Source of the DNA: an uncultured Acidobacteriota bacterium
Lineage (GTDB): Bacteria > Acidobacteriota > UBA6911
Length of the DNA: 64,000 bases
Direction of reading: 5' to 3'
Assembly (NCBI GenBank): GCA_963843575.1
Contig: CAWJKZ010000021.1
Coordinates: 321,661 to 385,660 of the forward strand
Each line of letters begins with the position of its first letter. Positions within the stretch are counted from its first letter, which is position 1. The position numbers and the translations under genes are program-made. The notes beneath the pieces are model-generated. The model did no database searches and was not told the origin of the DNA. It saw only the letters and a list, made by a program, of their open reading frames with translations. Shown piece after piece: positions 20,103 through 29,893 of this stretch.

Positions 20103-21841
20103 TCCGCGCCTTCTTGTTCTACCTCTACCGCACCTCCAGGAACCGGCTCGTCGTGCGGCTGAAGCGGTTGCGGCGGCCGAAGTACCTGCTGTCGGGGCTG
20201 GCCGGGCTAGCGTACGTCTACGTGGCGTTTCTGCGGCAGTTCCTGTCTGGGGCGCGCGCCCAGCCGCCTCCTCAGCTCACGCTGGACCCGAACCTGCTCG
20301 GACCCGCCGAAATCCTCGTCGCCCTCGTCCTGCTGGCTCTCGTGTTGGCGCCCTGGCTCTCCTTCGGGCGCCCCAACGCCCTCCTGTTCACGGAGGCGGA
20401 GATTCAGTTCCTGTTTCCCGCCCCCATTTCCCGTCGCGCGCTGCTGCGTTATCGCATCGCGCGCGGGCAGGTGGCGATCCTGTTCGGCGTGCTGGTCTCG
20501 ATCTTGGTTTTCGCTCGGCCGCGCCTGGTGCCGCACCGGCTGTTTCTGTTTGTCACGGTCTGGGTGGTGTATTCGTTCCTCGGCCTGTACCGGATGGGGA
20601 CGTCGCTCGCGAAGACCAGCCTGCTGGAGCACGGCGCGGCCGGGTTCCGGCGTCAGCTGTGGGTGGTCGCGTCGCTTCTGGCGCTCTTCGGGGCCGTCGT
20701 GGTGTGGTTGAGGTGGTTTGTGCCGGCGCCCCTGGAGATGGCGCACTCGACCCCGGCCGAGGTGCTGGCCTGGCTGCGACAGGCCGCGGAGAGCGGGCCG
20801 GCCTTCTACCTGCTGCTCCCGTTTCGCACCCTCGTCCACCCGGCCCTCGCCGCGGGAGTGGGCGAATTCCTGCTGCGCCTGGTCCCCGCGCTCGGCGTCC
20901 TGGTGCTCACCTACGCCTGGGTGCTGAACAGCCACGCCCGGTTCGAGGAGGCCGCGGTAGCCCGCGCCCAGACCGTTGCGCGTCGGATCGAGGCAGCTCG
21001 GTCCGGGGTCGTGCCGAGACGTTCGTCCAGGACCCCGTTCGTGCCATTCCGGCTGAGACCTGACGGGCCCGCGCACTCCGCCTTCCTCTGGAAAAATCTC
21101 ATCTCGGTCGGGCGCGTGAACCCGTGGCGGCTGATCCTCGTGCTGTCGGCAGTGGCACTGGCGATCGGTTTTTCATCGATGAGCCGCCGGAGCCTCCTGA
21201 TGATTGCGGGAGGAATGGCCTCGGGGATTGCCGCCTTCCTGACTGTGCTGGGGCCGGTGATCTTGCGCAACGACCTGAGAATGGACCTGCTGCACCTGGA
21301 CGCGATCAAGACGTACCCGATCCCGGGATGGCGAGTAGTCCTGGGCGAGGTGCTGGCGCCGGCGGCACTTCTCGGCGCCGCCGAGTGGTGCCTGGTGCTG
21401 GTCGCCGCGGCGACCCTGACGGGACTGGGACAAGTAACGTGGGGGCCGTCGCAGAGGTTCTCGCTGTGCCTCGGGGCGATGACACTGCTCCCGTGTCTGA
21501 GCCTGATGGCGCTCCTGGTGCAGAACGCCGCCGCGCTGGTCGTCCCAGGCTGGGTGCAGCTCGGGCGCACGCAACAGCGCGGCATCGAGGCCATGGGTCA
21601 GCGCCTGATCACGATGGTTGCGACGATCGTGGCGCTCGCGGTCGCCGGTCTACCCGCGGGAGCCGTGTTTGCCGCCGCATACTTCCCGGGATCGTGGCTT
21701 CTGGGCTATGCCGCCATCCCCTTGGCTGCTCTTTTCGCGGGCGCGGCGCTCCTGATCGAGGCCACCGCCGTCATCGCCTGGCTCGGCCGCCTTTTCGACA
21801 ATCTTGACCCGTCGGAGGAACTCTCCGAAGGCAGTCCGTGA
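20099..21841 (+). CDS. putative ABC exporter permease
   Basis: Multi-TM protein with EIQFLFPAPISR motif; GTGA overlap with the ATPase gene. Confidence 0.75.
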   Translation: MIRAFLFYLYRTSRNRLVVRLKRLRRPKYLLSGLAGLAYVYVAFLRQFLSGARAQPPPQLTLDPNLLGPAEILVALVLLALVLAPWLSFGRPNALLFTEAEIQFLFPAPISRRALLRYRIARGQVAILFGVLVSILVFARPRLVPHRLFLFVTVWVVYSFLGLYRMGTSLAKTSLLEHGAAGFRRQLWVVASLLALFGAVVVWLRWFVPAPLEMAHSTPAEVLAWLRQAAESGPAFYLLLPFRTLVHPALAAGVGEFLLRLVPALGVLVLTYAWVLNSHARFEEAAVARAQTVARRIEAARSGVVPRRSSRTPFVPFRLRPDGPAHSAFLWKNLISVGRVNPWRLILVLSAVALAIGFSSMSRRSLLMIAGGMASGIAAFLTVLGPVILRNDLRMDLLHLDAIKTYPIPGWRVVLGEVLAPAALLGAAEWCLVLVAAATLTGLGQVTWGPSQRFSLCLGAMTLLPCLSLMALLVQNAAALVVPGWVQLGRTQQRGIEAMGQRLITMVATIVALAVAGLPAGAVFAAAYFPGSWLLGYAAIPLAALFAGAALLIEATAVIAWLGRLFDNLDPSEELSEGSP

Positions 21842-21874
21842 CGAACCCAAAAACTCGCCACGAAGGACACTGAG

Positions 21875-22079
21875 TACACAGTCTCATAAGTACGCTGATG
21901 TATTTCTCAGGACGCAGAACAACACGGGTAATAGACGACAAAAAGCAAAACAGAACGCAGATTGCGCGGATCCAACGGATTCACGCGGATCGGCCGCGTC
22001 CTGTCGCCAGGTCGATCCGTGGGGATCCGCGCGCATCCGCGTCCTGAAAAATACGTCAGCGTATTTGTGAACATCAGTA
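21875..22079. mobile_element. about 205-bp MITE, copy 1 (about 40-bp imperfect TIRs, CTNAG flanks)
   Basis: TACACAGTCTCATAAGTACGCTGATGTATTTCTCAGGACGC...GCGTCCTGAAAAATACGTCAGCGTATTTGTGAACATCAGTA; second copy at 23767. Confidence 0.75.
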
Positions 22080-22317
22080 CTAAGGTGGCGGGCGGGCATC
22101 TGCGGCGTTGCCGCTCCTCGACGATGTCACCACAGCGCCTGCGTCGCGGCGCCTGGCATCTGCCCGCCCGGCGCTCGCGCCAAAGTGCGAACTTATTCTC
22201 GCGCGAACCCTAAGGACGGAGTCCGAGCCCGCCAGTGCGAATCCTCCGCAGTAGAAGGATGCTACCTGCCGAATTTCGGGATTTCCGCGTCCCTCCGTGC
22301 CTGGTTCTTGGGATCGG

Positions 22318-23076
22318 TTAAGGTGCGGGGGCAAACTCCGCGACGACCGGGGCGTGGTCGCTGGTGCCGAATTGTGCGAGCACGGTACAGGCGCAGGCGC
22401 GCTCGGCCAACCCGCGGCTGGCGAGCACGTAGTCGAGGCGCCACCCGATGTTTCGCTGGCGCAGGTTACGCCACGGAGCCCACCATGTGAAGAGGTTCTC
22501 GTTCCCGGGATCGAGCGCCCGGCCGACATCGACGAGGCCCTTCGAGAGGATCCGCTCGAACAGTTCGCGCTCCTCGGGAAGTTGCCCGATGACCCCGGGT
22601 TTCCGCTCCTTCGGGTGGACGTCCATCTCGGTGCGGGCGATGTTGATGTCTCCGCACAAGATCAGGTCCAGCCCGGCGTTGTGCGTCTCCTCGACGTAGC
22701 GTTCCATTGCTTCGAGGAAACGGATTTTGGCCGCGAAGTCCTTTCCCCCGTTCGGCACGTATACGGAACCGAGCACGAGCCTGCCGATCCGGGCGGTGAC
22801 GATGCGCGTTTCGTGGTCGAACGACGGGTGCGCGAAGTCAGGCCGGTCGCCTCCCGAGACGTCCTTGCGGATGTGCAGCCCTACCCCGGAATAGGCACGC
22901 TCGCCGTGCCAGTAGCACCAGTAGTCCGGCATCTCGCACAATGCGGCCGGCACCTGGGATACAGCTGCCTTGATCTCCTGCAGGCACAACACGTCCGGCC
23001 GGTCGCGCCCCACCCACTCGGCGAACTGGCTTTCGCGCGCCCGAATGCCGTTGACGTTCCATGTCGCGATTTTCAT
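22318..23076 (-). CDS. xth: exodeoxyribonuclease III
   Basis: MKIATWNVNGIRA, LCLQE, GDINIA, GWRLDY, SDHAP. Confidence 0.93.
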   Translation of the reverse strand: MKIATWNVNGIRARESQFAEWVGRDRPDVLCLQEIKAAVSQVPAALCEMPDYWCYWHGERAYSGVGLHIRKDVSGGDRPDFAHPSFDHETRIVTARIGRLVLGSVYVPNGGKDFAAKIRFLEAMERYVEETHNAGLDLILCGDINIARTEMDVHPKERKPGVIGQLPEERELFERILSKGLVDVGRALDPGNENLFTWWAPWRNLRQRNIGWRLDYVLASRGLAERACACTVLAQFGTSDHAPVVAEFAPAP

Positions 23077-23268
23077 TAGCCTGCTCCCTTCGTGAAACAA
23101 ACCAGTTTAGCACTCTGCGCCACGCACCCGCTTGACCCAGGTCGGTTGCAGGCCAACCTGGCCAGGGCAATTCCCTACACTTTTTCCCCGATCTGCGCCA
23201 CCCCAGCTGAAACGCGACATCAACCAACTCATAAGCATCATATTATCAATAATATACGCCTGCATGGC

Positions 23269-23284
23269 TGGAACATTGTTTGCT
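23269..23284 (+). promoter_or_regulatory. putative sigma54 -24/-12 promoter
   Basis: TGGAAC-ATTGT-TTGCT with exact GG-N10-GC spacing, AT-rich tract upstream, about 100 bp before the gene at 23387. Confidence 0.55.
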
Positions 23285-23386
23285 TTAACAATATGAAGTT
23301 CAAGAAATGGCAAGGAGGCCGGGCGTGTGCGTTGCCTGCATTGAAGTCTCGATCCGGAGACCGCCCGGCTGAAGGAGAAGTTAGTA

Positions 23387-23761
23387 ATGCAGACAAGAGA
23401 AATCCCGCGAGATGAATGGGGTTCCTTTCTCAACGGGTTTAGCCGGCGGCACGAGCGCTGGCGGATCACCGTGGACGTGCTATCGCCGGACCTGGGTGCT
23501 CAGACAGAGGTAAAGCAGGTGCCGCTGCTGGGTATCAGTGCCGCAGCGAAATGCGGGGAGAACAAGATATCCATCATGACGGCAAACGGCCCGGGAGCCC
23601 ACACCACTCACTTCATCGAAGAACCGCGCCGGCTCTGGCTGGAACAATCCGAGGAGGGTGCCGACCGCTCGATCGAAATCGAATCCGCCAACGGCATAAA
23701 AACGATCGTGCGTTTCCGCGACACGGTCGAGTCCCCAATCCCGGCCTGGTCGCCGCGGTAG
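23387..23761 (+). CDS. DUF5335-like small protein
   Basis: MQTREIPRDEWGSFLNGFSRRH...PLLGIS pattern; GGAG RBS. Confidence 0.75.
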   Translation: MQTREIPRDEWGSFLNGFSRRHERWRITVDVLSPDLGAQTEVKQVPLLGISAAAKCGENKISIMTANGPGAHTTHFIEEPRRLWLEQSEEGADRSIEIESANGIKTIVRFRDTVESPIPAWSPR

Positions 23762-23766
23762 CTTAG

Positions 23767-23973
23767 TACACAGTCTCATAATTACGCTGACGCATTTTTC
23801 AGGACGCAGAACAACACCGGGCGATGAAAGACAAAAAGCCAAAACAGAACGCAGATTCCGCGGGGGCTACCTTGGGCACGCAGGACTTTCCGGGCCCCAC
23901 CGGAGGTCGATCCGTGGGGATCCGCGCGCATCCGCGTCCTGAAAATACGTTGGCGTATTTGTGATCATCAGTA
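23767..23973. mobile_element. about 207-bp MITE, copy 2, with perfect 5-bp TSD CTTAG
   Basis: CTTAG at 23762-23766 and 23974-23978; same TIRs as copy 1. Confidence 0.8.
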
Positions 23974-23974
23974 C

Positions 23975-24940
23975 TTAGTGGGAAGCGAGATCCCGCACTT
24001 TCTCGAGACGCAGTCTGATCGACGCGGCGAGCCGGGAGCCCGGGTGCAGGCGCAGGAACTCCTCCATCTCAGCCGCGGCCGCGGAAAAGTCGCCGCGCCG
24101 CCCGTATATTTCCATCAGATGCAGCTGGGGATAGCTGTAGTGCGCGGGATCCAGGGTCTTCGCCTTTTTCAGGTGCCGGAGCGCCATTTGTTCGTCGTGC
24201 CCGTAAAGGTAGCTCAACCCGAGCTGGGCTTCGGCCATCGGATCGGCCGGGTTCTGCTCCACGGCCCGGAGGTTGACTTCCAGCGACTCGCTGAATTTCC
24301 TTTCGGAGAGCAGGACGTTCCCGAGGTTGACGAGCGGCGAATACAGGTCGGGCTGCTGTCTCAGCGCTTCCCGGAAACAGGCCTCGGCCTGAGGGTAGTT
24401 CTGTCGGTGGAGCGCGATCGCCCCGAGGTCGTTCCAAGCAGCGGCGAACCGCGGGGCGAGTTTCAGGGCTTTCTTCAGGCACTCGACTGCCCCTTTCACG
24501 TCGCTCTTGCCCAGCAGCAGCCTCGATTTGGCGTGCTCGTCGCGCGCGCGTTGGGGCAGCGTCAATTCTCCGAGCGAGATACTTTGCGACCGTGAGGAAC
24601 GCGCGTTCAGGCGGAGTTCGATCCTCACTGCGTTGGCCGTGTCGGCAAAGGGGGGGCCGATCTCCAGGGTCTTCCGCAGCAGGGGCGCTCCGGGAACGGC
24701 GGCTACGAGGGTGTAGACCCCGGGGCTGAGCCCGCCAAATCTGAAGTCGCCGTCCTCGGCGGCCACGGTCTCCTGGGACAGCGGCGCGGCGGCCGAACTC
24801 AGGACAATCACGGGCTTGGGATTATTAAATGCCTTCCCGTCGGGCTGGAGGACCCGGCCCAGGAGGTGATAGGAGCCGGGTTCGTCGGCCACGGCAAGGT
24901 GGCAGGCAATGAAAATCAGCCACGGCAGACATCGGTACAT
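23975..24940 (-). CDS. secreted carboxypeptidase-regulatory-like domain plus TPR protein
   Basis: Signal peptide, DGDFRFGGLSPGVY, TPR motifs AWNDLG and LVNLG. Confidence 0.75.
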   Translation of the reverse strand: MYRCLPWLIFIACHLAVADEPGSYHLLGRVLQPDGKAFNNPKPVIVLSSAAAPLSQETVAAEDGDFRFGGLSPGVYTLVAAVPGAPLLRKTLEIGPPFADTANAVRIELRLNARSSRSQSISLGELTLPQRARDEHAKSRLLLGKSDVKGAVECLKKALKLAPRFAAAWNDLGAIALHRQNYPQAEACFREALRQQPDLYSPLVNLGNVLLSERKFSESLEVNLRAVEQNPADPMAEAQLGLSYLYGHDEQMALRHLKKAKTLDPAHYSYPQLHLMEIYGRRGDFSAAAAEMEEFLRLHPGSRLAASIRLRLEKVRDLASH

Positions 24941-25063
24941 AAGCGCCCGCCCGGCGGCGCTTGCTGGCGGCGAAGCGCCGCGGTTATTATGATTTGTGCT
25001 CGGCGAATTTGGCCTATTATAGGGTGCGGCAGTCTCGAAAAGCACGACAAATGAGGGGAAAAT

Positions 25064-26095
25064 ATGATCGGGGCCGCGATGTGGGTGTGCTGCTGGGCCC
25101 TTGTTCTGGGGTGCAACTCGATGAGCGGGAATCCCTCCGCCAATGTGGTTCCGATCGTCGTCGCCCACCGCGGGGCCTCAGGGTATGCCCCTGAGCACAC
25201 GCGGGCGGCATACAGGCTCGCGATCCGGATGCGGGCGGACTTCGTCGAACAGGACCTGCAGATGACAAGCGACGGCGTGCTGATCTGTTCGCACGACGCC
25301 GAACTCAGCCGGACTACCGACATTACAAGCCGTTTCCCGGAGCGGGCGACCTCGCGCGACCCGGAGCGCTCGGGTGCGGCCCGGCGCGGCTGGTATGCGG
25401 TCGACTTCACCCTCGCCGAACTGAAGACCCTCGATGCGGGCTCCTGGTACAACAGGGCGAACCCCTTTTCAGCGCGGCCCGAGTACGGCGGGCAGCGCAT
25501 CCAGACGCTCGACGAGGCGATCGAGGAGGTGCAGGGGCATGCCGGGCTTTACATCGAGACCAAGCACGTGGATTTCTACCTCGGGCTGGGCCACGACATG
25601 GTCGCCAAGCTCGCCCAGACCCTCGCGGCCCACGGGCTGGATGGATCCGACGCGTCGGGCACCCCCGTTCTCATCCAGTCGTTCACGAAATCGAGCTTGC
25701 GCCGCATGGCGCAACTCGCCCCGCGGTACCGGCGCGTTCAGCTGTTGCCGATGGAGGATGTCGGCCGGGAGGATACGCGCCGTATCACCCCTGAACTCGC
25801 CGCCGAAATCGCGGCCTACGCCTACGGTGCCGGACCCGACAAGGCGATGCTGGGCCGGCGGTCCGACGTGGAGGCGCTGCACGGGGCCGGTCTGAAGATT
25901 CACCCTTACACTTTCCGTGGCAGCACGACGGCGGTGGTCCGCAAGCCCCTGGATCAGGTCGAGGAAAACGGCGCGACGGTGCGCCGGAACCTCGTCGACG
26001 AGATCCGGCGCTACGTAGATATGGGGATCGACGGCGGATTTTGCGACTACCCCGATGTTTGGAGGGAAGCGGTGCGCCTCGGCCAGCCGGATTGA
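25064..26095 (+). CDS. glycerophosphodiester phosphodiesterase (GlpQ-like)
   Basis: AHRGASGYAPEHT, EQDLQMTSDG...HD, IETK, IQSF. Confidence 0.92.
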   Translation: MIGAAMWVCCWALVLGCNSMSGNPSANVVPIVVAHRGASGYAPEHTRAAYRLAIRMRADFVEQDLQMTSDGVLICSHDAELSRTTDITSRFPERATSRDPERSGAARRGWYAVDFTLAELKTLDAGSWYNRANPFSARPEYGGQRIQTLDEAIEEVQGHAGLYIETKHVDFYLGLGHDMVAKLAQTLAAHGLDGSDASGTPVLIQSFTKSSLRRMAQLAPRYRRVQLLPMEDVGREDTRRITPELAAEIAAYAYGAGPDKAMLGRRSDVEALHGAGLKIHPYTFRGSTTAVVRKPLDQVEENGATVRRNLVDEIRRYVDMGIDGGFCDYPDVWREAVRLGQPD

Positions 26096-26170
26096 GCTGC
26101 GGGTCCTTCCGCCGGCGATGTCTCTGCCGGATCGGTACTGATTTTGCATCCAACAAAGGAGAAGAAGAGA

Positions 26171-27109
26171 ATGCCTCGGACTTCGCTCGCGTTCGTTGCC
26201 GCAATTGCGTCCCTGGTCCTGCTGTCGTGGGGTACCCAGGCTGCGCAGCCTGAAATCGTGGGGCGCTGGGACCTGACGGTCGGGACGGCCCCCCACACCT
26301 ATCCCTCCTGGTTTGAGATCACGTCCAAGGACGGCCGGCTTGCCGGCCGTTTCGTCGGCAAGGTCGGGAGTGCCCGTCCCATCAAGCAGCTCGAGTTTGC
26401 CGGAGGCACCCTGAGGTTCTCGTTGCCCCCGCAGTACGAAACGCTCAAGAAGGACATCTCGTTCAGCGGGACGTTATCGGGCGGCCGGTTGAAGGGGACC
26501 ACCGACGGCGAGGGCGGCGTCCTGCCGTGGGTGGGGGTGAGGGCGCCGGCGCTGCCGAAGCCGAAGAACATAAAGTGGGGCGCCCCCGTGGCCCTGTTCA
26601 ACGGGAAGGACATGGCAGGATGGAAGCTGAAGGACCCGTCGCTCCCGAATGGCTGGAAAGTGGTCGACGGCATCGTGATGAACACGATGCCCTCCAGCGA
26701 CATCGTCAGCGAGAAGCAGTTCACGGACTTCAAACTTCACCTGGAGTTCAACGTGGCCCCCAAGAGCAACAGCGGGATCTACCTGCGGGGGCGTTACGAG
26801 GTCCAGGTGCAGGACGACATCGGGAAGCCGCCGGAAAGTCACCTCGTCGGCGGACTCTACGGGTTCATCGATCCTACCGAGAACGCGGCAAAGAAGGCCG
26901 GAGAGTGGCAGGCCTACGACATTACCCTCCTCGGACGCTGGGTGACGGTGACGCTCAACGGCAAAACGGTCATCGACGACAAGGAGATTCCGGGGATCAC
27001 CGGCGGCGCGCTCCACAGCCGCGAGGGTGAACCCGGACCGCTCATGCTGCAGGGGGACCACGGCGCGGTGTCCTACCGCAACGTCGTGCTTACGCCGCTC
27101 CAGAAATAA
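26171..27109 (+). CDS. DUF1080 (3-keto-disaccharide hydrolase) protein
   Basis: LFNGKD..GW, NSGIYLRG.YEVQ, LQGDHG.V.YRN. Confidence 0.88.
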   Translation: MPRTSLAFVAAIASLVLLSWGTQAAQPEIVGRWDLTVGTAPHTYPSWFEITSKDGRLAGRFVGKVGSARPIKQLEFAGGTLRFSLPPQYETLKKDISFSGTLSGGRLKGTTDGEGGVLPWVGVRAPALPKPKNIKWGAPVALFNGKDMAGWKLKDPSLPNGWKVVDGIVMNTMPSSDIVSEKQFTDFKLHLEFNVAPKSNSGIYLRGRYEVQVQDDIGKPPESHLVGGLYGFIDPTENAAKKAGEWQAYDITLLGRWVTVTLNGKTVIDDKEIPGITGGALHSREGEPGPLMLQGDHGAVSYRNVVLTPLQK

Positions 27110-27214
27110 TGACAGAATCCCGTAGGGGCGGCACTCCTTCGAGGTGAGTTTTGCGGCTGATCTCCAGGACTCGAAGGATTCGCGGCAGCGCCTATCGGGT
27201 CACTGGAACTCGTC

Positions 27215-27243
27215 TTGCCGGCTGAATACGAATGTCGTATGCT
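27215..27243 (+). promoter_or_regulatory. possible sigma70 promoter of the tssJ operon
   Basis: TTGCCG-N17-TATGCT about 45 bp before the ATG. Confidence 0.4.
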
Positions 27244-27286
27244 CAAATGCAGCGCTCGGCAACCATCGCAAACATCGGGGAATACT

Positions 27287-27748
27287 ATGCGATCCGAAAG
27301 GTACTTCGTGTGGTCGATTCTGATAGCGAGTCTGCTGTTCACCCTGGGGTGCCCGAAAGAACCCGCCCGTGTCAACATGGTCTTGGCCGCCGCCCCCAAC
27401 GTCAACACCGACCCGGGGGGGCAGCCCCTGTCGGTGGTGGTGCGCATCTACCAGCTGAAGGACAAGGGACGGCTGGAGACCGCGGACTACAACGCCATGT
27501 GGAAGTCGGACCGGGAGACGCTCTCCGATGATTTTCTCGACCGCCAGGAGCGGGTCGTGCAGCCCGGAACCCAGGAGATGATCGAGGTCAGGGCCAATCC
27601 GCTGGCCGCCTATCTCGGGGTAGTCGCCCTCTTCCGGAATCCTTCCGGCGACAGTTGGCGCAGGGTCGTTCCGATCAAGGGCAAAAATCAGAAGGTCACC
27701 TTCAGCCTGCGCGAGCAGAGTATCGAGCTGAGCTCTTCGGGAAAATAG
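27287..27748 (+). CDS. tssJ: T6SS lipoprotein TssJ
   Basis: TLGC lipobox, PLSVVVRIYQLKD, LGVVALFRNP..DSWR. Confidence 0.9.
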   Translation: MRSERYFVWSILIASLLFTLGCPKEPARVNMVLAAAPNVNTDPGGQPLSVVVRIYQLKDKGRLETADYNAMWKSDRETLSDDFLDRQERVVQPGTQEMIEVRANPLAAYLGVVALFRNPSGDSWRRVVPIKGKNQKVTFSLREQSIELSSSGK

Positions 27749-27759
27749 GGACGGCAACG

Positions 27760-29112
27760 ATGACGCGCCTGGAAAAAGTGCTCTGGAGTGAGGGGTTGTT
27801 TCTTACCCCGCAGCATTTTCAGCAGTGGGACCGCTACTACGAGGAGTTCGTCAGCTTCCGGCTGCGCTCGCTGACGACATTCGCCTGGGGGGTCGAGGAG
27901 CTGGAGTTCAACGGGGAGGCGCTCCAGAACGGGGTGGTCGAACTGCTCCGCTGCCGGGCGGTGTTGCCCGACGGCATGCCGCTCAACATCCCCGAGACGG
28001 ACCCCGCCCCCCCGAGCCGTAACTTCACGGCTGACTTTCAGCCGTCCAGCGAACGGCTGAGCGTCCATCTTGCCGTCCCCGCGCTGCGCGCGGGCGGGGC
28101 GAACCTGGGCGTCAACGGAGGCGGGCCCGCAGATTCGATGACGCGCTTCCGCATGACGTCGGCCTCGGTGACGGACGAGAACACCGGCGAAAACCCGCAG
28201 CCGGTCTCGCTGGCCACGAAGAACCTCCGGCTCCTGCTGGGCGAGGATGTCTCGGGGCACGGGTCGCTGAAGGTGGCCGAGCTGCGCCGCACCCCGGAGG
28301 GGAAGGTTGTGCTGGACGATTTCTTCATCCCGCCGGCCACCGCCCTGACGGCCTCGAAGTACCTGCTCGACATCGTGCGCCGCTTTTACGAGGTGCTGAC
28401 GGCCAAGAGCGTGACCCTCTCGGACCAGCGGCGCCAGAAGGGCCCGGGGATGGCGGACTTCACCACTTCGGACGTCGCTAACTTCTGGCTGCTGCACACC
28501 GTCAACTCCTACCTGCCGGTCATGATGCACCTGCACCACGTCCAGAAGTTCCATCCGGAGCAGCTGTATCTCGCGATGGCGCGCCTCGCGGCGGAGCTGA
28601 CGACCTTCGTCACGGACGCGAGCCCGGGCGACCTCCCGAAGTACTTCCACAGCGATCTCACCCGCACCTTCACGGAGCTCGACCGGCGGCTGCGCGTCCT
28701 GCTGGAGACGGTGATCCCGACCCGCTGCGTCCCCATACCGTTGGAGCGCACGAAGGAATCGCTCTATGTCGGGCGCATCCTGGACGACCGGCTGCTGACC
28801 CAGGCCGAGTTTTTCCTCGGGGTGTACGCGCGGATCCCCGAGACGCAGATCATCGAGCGCGTGCCGCGCAAGACCAAGATCGCTTCGCTCGACACGATCA
28901 ACTATCTCCTCGGGCAGGCGCTGCCGGGCGTGTTGCTCCGCCCTGTCCCTATCGCCCCGGGGCCGATCCCGGCCCGCATGGGCTTCAAATACTTCCGCCT
29001 CGAGAAGCTCGGCACCTATTGGGACACCATCGCGGCCTCGCGCAGCGTCTGCATCTATTTCCCGGCCGAGTTTCCAGATCTCAAGCTGGAACTGTATGCC
29101 GTGAAGGATTGA
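27760..29112 (+). CDS. tssK: T6SS baseplate subunit TssK
   Basis: VLWSEGLFLTPQHFQQWDRY, HPEQLY, ALPGV. Confidence 0.93.
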   Translation: MTRLEKVLWSEGLFLTPQHFQQWDRYYEEFVSFRLRSLTTFAWGVEELEFNGEALQNGVVELLRCRAVLPDGMPLNIPETDPAPPSRNFTADFQPSSERLSVHLAVPALRAGGANLGVNGGGPADSMTRFRMTSASVTDENTGENPQPVSLATKNLRLLLGEDVSGHGSLKVAELRRTPEGKVVLDDFFIPPATALTASKYLLDIVRRFYEVLTAKSVTLSDQRRQKGPGMADFTTSDVANFWLLHTVNSYLPVMMHLHHVQKFHPEQLYLAMARLAAELTTFVTDASPGDLPKYFHSDLTRTFTELDRRLRVLLETVIPTRCVPIPLERTKESLYVGRILDDRLLTQAEFFLGVYARIPETQIIERVPRKTKIASLDTINYLLGQALPGVLLRPVPIAPGPIPARMGFKYFRLEKLGTYWDTIAASRSVCIYFPAEFPDLKLELYAVKD

Positions 29113-29121
29113 GGTGCCGAC

Positions 29122-29841
29122 ATGCCTTCGTCACGGGACGATTTCGACAGCACGGATTTCGGCGCGGGGTCGGCCGGTTCAAAGAAGACCCTGGTGGATC
29201 TCTGCCGCGACGCTTTCCTCCTCATCTTTCACATCCGGGGGGGCAACGACCCCGGGCACCCCGACGACTTGCGGAAGAGCATCGCCGCGCTGCTCCGGAC
29301 GTTCGACGCCCAGGCGGCCAAATCGGGGTACAGCGAGGAGGATGCCAAGGCGAGTCGCTACGCCCTGTGCGCGCTCATCGACGAGACGATGCTCAACTCG
29401 AGGTGGTCGTTCAAGGACCAGTGGGCTGCGCGGCCGCTGCAGCTCGAGTATTTCGGGGAACAGCTGGCAGGGGAACGCTTCTTCGACCTGTTGGAGCGCG
29501 TCCGGCAGAAGGGGCGGAGGAAGGCCGATCTGCTCGAGGTCTTTTGCGTGGTGCTGATCCTCGGTTTCCAGGGCAAGTACAAGATGCGAGCCGGGGACGA
29601 GCTCGCGACCGTCACGCACGAGGTGGTGCAGGAGGTGCAGCAGTTCCGCGGCGGAGCCCCGGAACTGTCGCCGCATTGGCAGGTGCCCGAGGAGCATGTC
29701 GAAAAGCCCCCGCAGACAGTCCCGATGTGGGCGTGGGTTACCGGCATCGCGGCCGTGGCGCTGGTCATCGTGGTTTACGTGGTGCTGAAGCTCTGGCTGG
29801 GTTCGGCAGCCTCCGACGCCGTCGGTCGGATGGTCCTGTGA
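29122..29841 (+). CDS. tssL: T6SS TssL (DotU family), no OmpA extension
   Basis: YALCALIDE, PLQLEYFGEQLAGERFF, LGFQGKY, C-terminal TM segment. Confidence 0.92.
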   Translation: MPSSRDDFDSTDFGAGSAGSKKTLVDLCRDAFLLIFHIRGGNDPGHPDDLRKSIAALLRTFDAQAAKSGYSEEDAKASRYALCALIDETMLNSRWSFKDQWAARPLQLEYFGEQLAGERFFDLLERVRQKGRRKADLLEVFCVVLILGFQGKYKMRAGDELATVTHEVVQEVQQFRGGAPELSPHWQVPEEHVEKPPQTVPMWAWVTGIAAVALVIVVYVVLKLWLGSAASDAVGRMVL

Positions 29842-29893
29842 GTTTCTGTCTCCGGGTCTTACCAACGCAATCTCTTTTAGCAACCGGCGAGCC

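Noticed and set aside
27121-27200. GTAG-type REP or structured RNA before tssJ
   Set aside because: Only a short ccttcgag/ctcgaagg stem, single copy; more likely a terminator or degenerate REP
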